32,000 nt of DNA from an uncultured delta proteobacterium. Its GTDB lineage: Bacteria; Desulfobacterota; Syntrophorhabdia; Syntrophorhabdales; WCHB1-27. The notes beneath the pieces are model-generated. The model saw only the letters and a program-made list of their open reading frames with translations, searched no databases and had not been told where the DNA came from. The stretch is from positions 43,173-75,172 of the forward strand of contig CAWFMJ010000027.1 in assembly GCA_963816715.1 (NCBI GenBank), in the 5' to 3' direction. This document shows, piece after piece, positions 25,262-32,000 of the stretch (position 1 is the first letter of the stretch; every line of letters starts with the position of its first letter). Made by a program: the position numbers and the translations under genes.

Positions 25262-26973
25262 GCTTCTGCCTTCGCATCCGCCTGACGGCGGCGCGCCATC
25301 CCCTCCTGTTGCTCCTGGATCGCTCTCGCGCGGTTCTCATCCTGCCGGGCTATCCTCCTCATCTCCTCAACGTCGGCCTCGATGTTTGCCCGTATCGCTG
25401 CTATCTGCGATTCGGCCACGGCCCGTTTCCGCTCTAAATCCCGCCGCTTGCAATCGAGATCATCCTTCGACGCCGCCTCGGCCGCCCTCTCTTTCGCCTC
25501 TTGCTGTGACCGGGCCGAGCCTGTCAGGACCCCTGACGGGCCGAGGTAGACATCCTGGAGCGCAATGCCCTGGTCGGTGAGGATGAACTCCCTGATCTGA
25601 TTCGAGTGGGCCATGCCGCGAGACTTCAGGATCCACAAACCCCGGTTTCGTTCGCCGCTTGACTCGATGTCGCGGAGGACCATCCAGGTATCCATGAGCG
25701 AGGAGATGCCCGCCTCCGTCTGCTCGAGGCTGTCGCCTCCCCGTGTGAGGCTCGTGAAGAGCGTCGTGATGTGCTCGGTCTTCAGGTAATCGATGAGGCG
25801 CGTCAGCATCGACTTCACCTCGTGCTCGCTGCCTACGGTGATGAAATTGGTGATCGGATCGATGAGGACGACGCTCGGTTTGAAGTCTTCGATGGCCCGG
25901 TGTATGCTGGTAAGGTGCGTCTCGAGACCGAACGCCGTTGGGCGGGACGCGTCGAAGCGCAGCAGGCCTTTCCCGACGGAAGGCTTGAGATCGACGCCGA
26001 TCGATTCCATGTTGCGGACGATCTGGCTCTGAGACTCCTCGAAGGCGAAGTAAAGCGTTTTTTCTCCCCGGTCGCACGCCGATTTGGCAAAGGTCGCCGC
26101 CACGCTCGATTTTCCCGTACCTGCCGTCCCCGAAAGGAGTATGGTGCTTCCCCGGTAAAACCCGTCGCCTGCAAACATCGCATCGAGGCGGGGGATGCCC
26201 GTCGATATTCGTTCACGTGAGGCCACGTGCTTCAGACCGAGGGAGGTAACGGGCAGGACGCTGATGCCCTTGTCGCCGATAAGGAAGGGATACTCGTTCG
26301 TGCCGTGGGACGACCCCCGGTACTTGACGATCCGGAGCCGCCTCGTGGAAAGTTGCTCGGTGACGCGATGGTCGAGGACGATCACGCAGTCGGCGACGTA
26401 TTCCTCCAGACCCTGGCGGGTCAGCGTCTCCGTCCCCCGCTCGCCGGTAATGACCGTTGTGACCCCCTTATCCTTGAGCCAGCGAAAGAGGCGCCGCAAT
26501 TCGGCCCTCAGGATCGCTTCGTTGCGCAAACTCGAGAAGAGTACCTCTATCGTGTCGAGGGCCACCCGCTTTGCCTTGATGGAATCGATGGCGTGACCGA
26601 GCCTCACGAAAAGTCCGTCGAGGTTGTATTCCCCCGTCTCCTCGATCTCGCTCCGCTCGATGTAGACGTAATCGACCGACATTTTTTTTTCGCGGCCGAG
26701 CTTCTCAAGATCGAAGCCGAGGGACCTGACGTTCCTGGTCAGCTCCTCTGCCGTCTCTTCGAAGGCTATGAAAACGCCCGGCTCGTTGTAGTCCTGCGCG
26801 CCGTGAACGATAAATTCCATAGCCATAAGAGTCTTGCCCGAGCCCGCTCCGCCGGCGACGAGCGTAGGCCGGCCCTTCGGCAACCCCCCGTTCGTGATCT
26901 CGTCGAGACCCCTGACGCCCGTCAATGCTTTCTCAAGAGCTCTTGAATCGCTTGACGCCTGTCGTGCCGCCAT
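25258..26973 (-). CDS. kaiC: KaiC (module A), double RecA-like domain with coiled-coil-like C-terminal extension
   Basis: I prefer the ATG at 26973 (AAAGGAGG 7 nt upstream); the ORF track extends to a TTG at 27003. CI has GGAGSGKT and AFEET. CII has GTAGTGKS and [22 protein letters not shown] is present. The tail is [75 protein letters not shown]. Confidence 0.93.
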   Translation of the reverse strand: MAARQASSDSRALEKALTGVRGLDEITNGGLPKGRPTLVAGGAGSGKTLMAMEFIVHGAQDYNEPGVFIAFEETAEELTRNVRSLGFDLEKLGREKKMSVDYVYIERSEIEETGEYNLDGLFVRLGHAIDSIKAKRVALDTIEVLFSSLRNEAILRAELRRLFRWLKDKGVTTVITGERGTETLTRQGLEEYVADCVIVLDHRVTEQLSTRRLRIVKYRGSSHGTNEYPFLIGDKGISVLPVTSLGLKHVASRERISTGIPRLDAMFAGDGFYRGSTILLSGTAGTGKSSVAATFAKSACDRGEKTLYFAFEESQSQIVRNMESIGVDLKPSVGKGLLRFDASRPTAFGLETHLTSIHRAIEDFKPSVVLIDPITNFITVGSEHEVKSMLTRLIDYLKTEHITTLFTSLTRGGDSLEQTEAGISSLMDTWMVLRDIESSGERNRGLWILKSRGMAHSNQIREFILTDQGIALQDVYLGPSGVLTGSARSQQEAKERAAEAASKDDLDCKRRDLERKRAVAESQIAAIRANIEADVEEMRRIARQDENRARAIQEQQEGMARRRQADAKAEA

Positions 26974-27163
26974 TGCGCAACCTCCTTTTTGCAAACCGCG
27001 CAAGATGGTTTAGAGCTCAATGCTTTCGCGGCCCCATAGCCGCACACCGCCGCAACGCCGGGACGGTTTCATCCACGAACAGAGAATTCCTGAGAGGTCT
27101 ATCCCGATCGGTTTGGCCGGCCCGCCGCCATGATACGCCGCAAAGCGGCGGGAGAAGCATTTT

Positions 27164-27204
27164 GGCGTGCGAAATCCATACTCTTGACATGGATTTCGCA
27201 CGCC
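27164..27204. promoter_or_regulatory. Perfect 16-bp inverted repeat with 9-nt spacer in the kaiC-A leader (operator or RNA hairpin)
   Basis: GGCGTGCGAAATCCAT (27164-27179), actcttgac, ATGGATTTCGCACGCC (27189-27204). It lies about 27-67 nt downstream of the predicted TSS. No U-tract follows on the minus strand. Confidence 0.6.
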
Positions 27205-27237
27205 ATGGCTTCCTACTAGATCATCCTCGTAATCACC

Positions 27238-27266
27238 ATTGTACAGCCTCAATAGAGACGAGTCAA
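27238..27266 (-). promoter_or_regulatory. Putative sigma70 promoter of kai module A
   Basis: Minus strand: TTGACT (27266-27261), 17-nt spacer, TACAAT (27243-27238). It sits immediately downstream of the PocR-LuxR stop and about 260 nt upstream of the kaiC-A ATG. Confidence 0.55.
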
Positions 27267-27292
27267 TAGGATAATAAGGACAAACAGGATTT

Positions 27293-28252
27293 TCAGGTTA
27301 TGGATATGAGGTGGCTGCGCAGATTTGTCTTGTGGTCAAGGACCAATTTCTTTCGGATGTTGTAACGGTGATACTCTACCGCTCTCAGGGATACGCCCAA
27401 AAGCTCTGCAATCTCGGCGGTAGCCCGGCCCTCCTTCAACAGCAAGGCCACCGCGAGCTCCCTTGCCGTAAGGCCAAGGGTCTGCATCTTTCGCATGACG
27501 GGGGACATTATATCCTTCAGACCGGACTCGAGCATGTCGACGGCGCTCGCCTGCTCGCGAGACAGCCGGCTCTTCTTCAACTTCTCCAGATAGGGAAGGA
27601 CGCGTTCTTTCATATTGGCGGTGATATCTTCCTCGAGCTGGCTTCTTTCATTTTCCTTTTTTCCCGGGGCTGCTCGCGGCGGCGTACCGACCTTCTCCGG
27701 AAAGCGGGAGCCGATGGCCCGTCCCTTCTGAGGCGTCGCATCGGCGAGCCCTTGCACGACCGTGCCGCCCAGGTCGGCAAGAAGCGAGAAACATTGGAGA
27801 AATGCGCGGACTTTTGATTCATCCACTACGGCGGCCTTCGATAGCGCTTCGGCAAGGGCCGACTCGCTGAGGCCGAATCGCCCCTCCTTGTGTTTGAATG
27901 AACCCATATCGGGAGGATCCGTGAAAAACGGGCCGGCCACCAGGGCGCCGACGCGCTCCCCGAGGACGGCAACGGGCGCCGACGCACAGGCCAGGCCGTG
28001 CCCGCATTTTTCAATCGAGTACTTTGGGCGGGCTTTCTTCTTGAGGGCAACGCCCCCATCGCCTCGTTCGCACTTTTGCACCGCCTGCCGGTCCGGCCCG
28101 CAAAGGCGACGAATATCCGGCCCATCCGATTTCGCGAGGATCGAGCCCTCGGGGTCAACAATGGAAAGCGGAATGCCGGTCGCCTTATAGAAAGTGTTCG
28201 CGAACGTCTTTAGCCTGGCGGCGTCGACGAGGTGGGAAAGCTTGTGTTCCAT
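27293..28252 (-). CDS. PocR-sensor / LuxR-family (GerE HTH) transcriptional regulator
   Basis: N-terminal PocR-like region (FYKATGIPLSIVDPEGSIL...IRRLCG...VQKCERGD...IEKCGHGLACASAPVAVLGERVGALVAGPFF). C-terminal LTARELAVALLLKEGRATAEIAELLGVSLRAVEYHRYNIRKKL. Confidence 0.85.
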   Translation of the reverse strand: MEHKLSHLVDAARLKTFANTFYKATGIPLSIVDPEGSILAKSDGPDIRRLCGPDRQAVQKCERGDGGVALKKKARPKYSIEKCGHGLACASAPVAVLGERVGALVAGPFFTDPPDMGSFKHKEGRFGLSESALAEALSKAAVVDESKVRAFLQCFSLLADLGGTVVQGLADATPQKGRAIGSRFPEKVGTPPRAAPGKKENERSQLEEDITANMKERVLPYLEKLKKSRLSREQASAVDMLESGLKDIMSPVMRKMQTLGLTARELAVALLLKEGRATAEIAELLGVSLRAVEYHRYNIRKKLVLDHKTNLRSHLISIT

Positions 28253-28354
28253 AGCAAAGGGTTCTCTGCCTCTTCCCTATAAGATTATCCTCATTGCGAG
28301 GCATTTTCCTTCTATAAATATACACTCATACTACTATGCTTTTACACGTATGTT

Positions 28355-29347
28355 TTATCGTATGGACGACAGGTGGGATCGCAGATTCATCTTCTTCCGG
28401 TTCAGTCCGAGTTTCTTTCTGATCTTGTATCGGTGGGTCTCGACCGCCCGTGGGGAAACGCCCAGCAATTCCGCGATCTGCTTCGTGGTTTTGCCGGCTT
28501 TCAAATAGGCCACGACTTCGATCTCCTTGGGAGTGAGATCGAAAGCTTGTATTCGCCTGATGATAGGCGACGTTATCTCCTTCAGGTTAGCCTCGATGAT
28601 CTCGACGCTGCTGGCCTGGGCAGTATCCAGCCGGCTCTTTTTCAACCTCTCCACGTAGGGGAGGATCAGCTCCTTCACGTTTGAAAGGATATTCTCTTCA
28701 AGCTCGCTCTTGTCCGCCTCCCTCTGCTTCAGCAGGACGCGGAGCGCCGTATTGGTCTCTTCGAGGGTCCGCGACTTTATATCGAGGGTTTCCTCTGCCC
28801 ATTTTCTCGCTGAAATGTCGGTCGCCACGATGCAACTGTTGCGCGCGTCGTGAAGCTCGCACCCGCCCGCAAGGTGGATATAAAGTTCTTTGCCGGACGC
28901 CGTCTTGAGAGGGATCTCCTGCAAGGATTTCTCTACGTGGCTTCGGTTTATAAACGCGGTAAAGGTGTCCCGACAGCCGGCGGGCACGAGGTCCAGGAAC
29001 GAGGAGCCGACGAGCTGTTCCATGGGAACGCCGATCATCTCTGAAAAAAAAGCGTTGCAGTACAAGATGATATACTCGCCGTTCAGGGTCACCGCGCCGG
29101 AGGCCATCGTCTCGACGATGCTGCGGTAAGGAAAATCAGGGCCCTCCAGGGTGTATACCTGAGGCCTTTCGCCCTCGATGACCAGTGCATCGACATCGCC
29201 GTTCCGGATCGCTCCGATGGTCTGCTCCGCCTCTTCGAGCCGCGCCCGTAACTCCTTATTCTGCTCCAGAAGACGTTCCAGGCCGACATCGCTGCTCGTC
29301 GTGGTCTCCTTATTCACCGCGCACCCCCCGCCGTCCTTGGCATGCAT
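28355..29347 (-). CDS. PAS-sensor / LuxR-family (GerE HTH) transcriptional regulator
   Basis: Coiled N-terminus, then a PAS-like core (YRSIVETMASGAVTLNGEYIILYCNAFFSEMIGVPMEQLVGSSFLDLV...IVATDISARK). C-terminal LTPKEIEVVAYLKAGKTTKQIAELLGVSPRAVETHRYKIRKKL. The start is either ATG 29347 or GTG 29317. Confidence 0.85.
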   Translation of the reverse strand: MHAKDGGGCAVNKETTTSSDVGLERLLEQNKELRARLEEAEQTIGAIRNGDVDALVIEGERPQVYTLEGPDFPYRSIVETMASGAVTLNGEYIILYCNAFFSEMIGVPMEQLVGSSFLDLVPAGCRDTFTAFINRSHVEKSLQEIPLKTASGKELYIHLAGGCELHDARNSCIVATDISARKWAEETLDIKSRTLEETNTALRVLLKQREADKSELEENILSNVKELILPYVERLKKSRLDTAQASSVEIIEANLKEITSPIIRRIQAFDLTPKEIEVVAYLKAGKTTKQIAELLGVSPRAVETHRYKIRKKLGLNRKKMNLRSHLSSIR

Positions 29348-29356
29348 CTAAGCCAG

Positions 29357-29365
29357 ATTATAGCA
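29357..29365 (-). promoter_or_regulatory. Possible extended -10 promoter (TGCTATAAT) directly upstream of the PAS-LuxR ORF
   Basis: Minus strand TGC-TATAAT (29365-29357) ends 9 nt before the ATG at 29347. This implies either a leaderless mRNA or use of the GTG at 29317. There is no convincing -35. Confidence 0.35.
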
Positions 29366-29817
29366 TCATCTTTACCGGAACCGCCATGAAACCCCTAGGC
29401 CGGTGGGCGAAAACCGGGCCATTTCACTGCCCCTTGGAAAACGCGGCATTCACGCAGTCCGGTCACGGCGAAGGCGCCTTGATTCGTCCCCGCTGACGTT
29501 GGGCGCCGCTGCCCGCCGTGAAGGCCCTGCAATGGGCTTATCGGGATCGTCCCCTCGTGTTCCTTAAATGCGACCGCATTGACTATGATCTTGCCTTTCT
29601 TGCGCGGTCGGGCAGGGTTTGCTTCAATCACCCTGCCCTTTTTTGGACCCTGAGAACCTGTCGAGGCGTAAGTTTCGGTAATCATAGGGTAAACAGAGTC
29701 ATACTAATCATAGACTTTCAGCTTAAAACTTGGTTATACTCGTCTCGCTCGTGAGGAGCGCCCAAGGAAAGGGGCAGGGATGCAACGGCGGTCAACAAGA
29801 TTTTGGGAAGGTGATTT

Positions 29818-31359
29818 ATGAGAAAAATGGCGTTTGTTCTGATTTCGCTACTTTTGTCAGGCCTGGCCTGCAGCATTGGTCATGCCGCCCCGCCGGGCTA
29901 TTACGGCTCCTGCGTTGCAATGGACGCGCTGGCAAATCTCACGATCGGTCCTGACGGGCAGATAGACGTGAGGTTTCTGTGCGAGCACAGCGGAAGCATA
30001 GACAAGATCGTCCAGCAGTACCAGAACGTGACGCCCGGCTACATGGGCGGCACGGGCGGCCAGATTAAGTGGGAGCTGAGGACCGATGATGGAACCGCGA
30101 ACCATTTCCCTTCGACAAAGGTTTTATGGACGGCCACCGACACGAATCCGACGAAGACCGCGAGCGGCACGGTGATACAGTATTTCTCCGTCGCTCCCGC
30201 CGTTCCGGTAACGGCCGGCACACTCTATCACCTCGTCTACACCAACGTCGATCCCAACCCTACGGTCAACTACGTCTCCTTCGACGGCATTTATACGTCA
30301 AAGAACAGTTCTCCGGTCCAGCCGTGCTACAGCGATGACAACCTCATGACCCTCTGGAGCGGGCCGAACTGGCAAAAGAACCTGCACATCACGCCCGACT
30401 TCAACGTGCACTACACGGACGGCTACGCCCAGGGGACCGGCTATGTCGATTCTACGAGCATAAGCGGTCCCGCCACGGAGACTTTCACGGTAAGCGGCGG
30501 CAACAAGGTCGTCACCAGCGTTTCAGCGGCGGGCAGCAACCTTTCGTTTAAGTTGAGCGCCGGCGCAACTCTCCTGGCGTCCGGATCGGGTTCCGCAGCA
30601 GTCTATCCGGGATGGCAAACCTACCAGTTTCCCTCCCCCATAACGCTGACTAACGGGCAAACCTACAGTCTCGTCATCGGCGGGTCCGTTGGACGCGCGG
30701 TACAGAAGGGCAACCCCTACGGGATGTACACGTCCTTCCCCGACGGCCGCTATACCGGCAACAGCGCCTATGACCTACAGTTTTATTTCTCCATGAACCA
30801 GCTCCCCGCGCCGACGAATCTCGCCATTCTCTCAAGCACGAGCAGCCAGGCGACGCTTGGCTGGAGCGCGCCCACAGGCTTCGCTCCGTCGGGATACAAG
30901 ATCTACTGGGGGACGTCGAGCGGCAGCTACACCCAGAACGTCAACGCCGGCAATGTGACCCAATATACGGTGTCCGGCGTGACAGCCCCTTTATACTTCG
31001 TTGTGACCGCGTACGACAGCGCCGGCGACGAGAGCCCCTATTCCAACCAGGTCTCATGGACAACAACGTCGCCGTCTTCGGCATGCACGTATACGATATC
31101 GCCCACGAGCCAATCGTTCGGCTCGGGCGGCGGCAGCGGCAGCGTATCCGTTGTCGCGAACGGCAGCAGTTGCTCGTGGACCGTGTCCGGAATGCCCTCC
31201 TGGATTGCCGTCCTTTCGGGCAACAAGGGCGCCGGCAACGGAATTGTGACCTATTCGGTGACAAGTAACCGCACTGGAAGCTCAAGGACTGCCGGTTTGA
31301 CTATCGCCGGCCGGACGTTCACCATCGACCAATCAAGCTCGTACGGAGGCCGCTGGTAA
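29818..31359 (+). CDS. Secreted protein with fibronectin type III domain and C-terminal BACON/Ig-like beta domain
   Basis: Signal peptide MRKMAFVLISLLLSGLACSIGHA. FN3-like PAPTNLAILSSTSSQATLGWSAP...YKIYWGTSSGSYT...YFVVTAYDSAGDESPYSNQVSW. C-terminal CTYTISPTSQSF...CSWTVSGMPSWIAV...GIVTYSVTSNRTGSSRTAGLTIAGRTFTIDQ. GGAAGGTGA SD. Confidence 0.8.
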   Translation: MRKMAFVLISLLLSGLACSIGHAAPPGYYGSCVAMDALANLTIGPDGQIDVRFLCEHSGSIDKIVQQYQNVTPGYMGGTGGQIKWELRTDDGTANHFPSTKVLWTATDTNPTKTASGTVIQYFSVAPAVPVTAGTLYHLVYTNVDPNPTVNYVSFDGIYTSKNSSPVQPCYSDDNLMTLWSGPNWQKNLHITPDFNVHYTDGYAQGTGYVDSTSISGPATETFTVSGGNKVVTSVSAAGSNLSFKLSAGATLLASGSGSAAVYPGWQTYQFPSPITLTNGQTYSLVIGGSVGRAVQKGNPYGMYTSFPDGRYTGNSAYDLQFYFSMNQLPAPTNLAILSSTSSQATLGWSAPTGFAPSGYKIYWGTSSGSYTQNVNAGNVTQYTVSGVTAPLYFVVTAYDSAGDESPYSNQVSWTTTSPSSACTYTISPTSQSFGSGGGSGSVSVVANGSSCSWTVSGMPSWIAVLSGNKGAGNGIVTYSVTSNRTGSSRTAGLTIAGRTFTIDQSSSYGGRW

Positions 31360-31366
31360 GCTTCAA

Positions 31367-31398
31367 GGGTTCGGGGCAGGCATCCTGCCCCGAACCCG
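31367..31398. terminator. 14-bp perfect GC-rich hairpin between convergent genes
   Basis: GGGTTCGGGGCAGG (31367-31380), loop catc, CCTGCCCCGAACCC (31385-31398). It starts 8 nt after the stop of the secreted-protein gene. The U-tract is weak in both directions. Confidence 0.55.
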
Positions 31399-31411
31399 AA
31401 AGAGAAAACGG

Positions 31412-32000
31412 TCAGGGTTGGGCCGCTTTTCTTACCCATAGACTGGTAGTGCCCGGGTGCCCCTTTAGCGTGGGGGCCGTTAGGAGCTTCGGCATCAATT
31501 CCCGAAGCATTCCCGAATGGTACAGTGCCATATAGGAGGTGAAATAGAGAATTTCGAATTCAACGCTGTTTTGCAAAAGAGCGCGTAAGAAATAGGTTTC
31601 ATTCCAGGCTCGTCCCAGCCGAAACCAGCTTGCCGGGTACTCGAAGGGCCATAAAACATCATGAAAATGAATTATGACTCCTTTCCTGAGAAGGGGAAGG
31701 ATATGGAAAATTATGTGCAGCACGTCGCTCCCGCACTTTGCCGTATGGCTGGAATCAACGAAGAGGATGTCGTTTGCCTCGAGGGAACCAAACATGTTTA
31801 GCTCTGTTTCTTGCACCGGCTTTGTTTCAAGCCTGATCCTGTTTTTGTCGCTGTCCGTCAAAAGGGCCCGCAGTCGGTCGGGAAAGGGTTCAATGAAGGT
31901 AAAGTCAATCGCACTGTTCAGGAACAGATCGTTTGTGTCGAGCATCAAGGCAGAGGAATAGCCGGAGCCTATTTCGATTATCCGCCTCGGAGCGAAGCTT
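31412..32000 (-). CDS. Class I SAM-dependent methyltransferase (5' end beyond the window)
   Basis: The reading frame stays open upstream of the ORF-track Met to the window edge and encodes ...RRIIEIGSGYSSALML, the SAM motif I ExGxGxG. Downstream are ILFVDSSHT and VIIHFHD. Confidence 0.75.
   Translation of the reverse strand, partial: SFAPRRIIEIGSGYSSALMLDTNDLFLNSAIDFTFIEPFPDRLRALLTDSDKNRIRLETKPVQETELNMFGSLEANDILFVDSSHTAKCGSDVLHIIFHILPLLRKGVIIHFHDVLWPFEYPASWFRLGRAWNETYFLRALLQNSVEFEILYFTSYMALYHSGMLRELMPKLLTAPTLKGHPGTTSLWVRKAAQP

Larger units (their letters stand above)
22288..26973 (-). repeat. Tandem segmental duplication of a kaiC-kaiB(-kaiB') unit (unit A 24520..26973, unit B 22148..24317)
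   Basis: The two KaiC proteins and the two canonical KaiB proteins align end to end, with roughly three quarters or more identical residues by eye. Near-identical DNA stretches occur, e.g. ctcgctccgctcgatgtagacgta in both kaiC genes. Confidence 0.85.

Noticed and set aside
26227-26946. 239-aa plus-strand ORF opposite kaiC-A
   Set aside because: Antisense shadow ORF.
27010-27252. 80-aa minus-strand ORF in the kaiC-A leader
   Set aside because: It has no SD, and its ATG (27252) lies in the spacer between the predicted -35 and -10 elements, upstream of the predicted TSS. It spans the 16-bp palindrome and the GC hairpins, which explain the region better as regulatory or structured RNA.
21588-29347. 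A KaiA, SasA or CikA homolog hidden in the kai region
   Set aside because: Every ORF of useful size is accounted for, and none shows a KaiA fold signature or a KaiB-like domain fused to a histidine kinase. Absence elsewhere in the genome cannot be judged from this window.

Overview
High-GC (roughly 60% by eye) bacterial chromosomal segment with about 25 supportable protein genes. I saw no rRNA, tRNA, CRISPR array, transposase or integrase. The gene content is a PocR/PAS hybrid histidine kinase, a pyrogallol-hydroxytransferase-like molybdoenzyme, an AbfD-like Fe-S dehydratase, a TPR-GT41 protein and PAS/PocR-LuxR regulators. This suggests an anaerobic Desulfobacterota/Syntrophia-type organism, which is inference only. 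The standout region is 21.6-29.3 kb, a nine-ORF array entirely on the minus strand. In transcription order it reads PAS-LuxR, PocR-LuxR, kaiC, kaiB, divergent kaiB, an internal promoter, a second kaiC, kaiB, a 47-codon KaiB N-terminal fragment, and a stand-alone pyruvate-kinase-C-terminal-like protein. Both KaiC copies keep the catalytic and phosphosite motifs and carry a charged coiled-coil-like C-terminal tail of about 80 aa. No KaiA, SasA or CikA is present in the window. Each kai module appears to have its own sigma70-type promoter. Module A also has a long, highly structured leader containing a perfect 16-bp inverted repeat. I read this locus as a duplicated, KaiA-independent KaiBC timer or hourglass wired to unusual sensors; the function is hypothesis. 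Secondary points are listed below.
- An inverted-repeat-rich 460-bp island lies between convergent genes at 6.94-7.41 kb. It holds two 35-nt hairpin elements in opposite orientation and a 135-nt hairpin with a 23-bp perfect stem.
- The molybdoenzyme large subunit has no partner subunit nearby.
- A PAC2 gene and a bicupin gene sit as a pair.
- A strong promoter plus palindrome lies upstream of a 58-codon ORF.
All functional calls come from motif recognition by eye; no database search was run.
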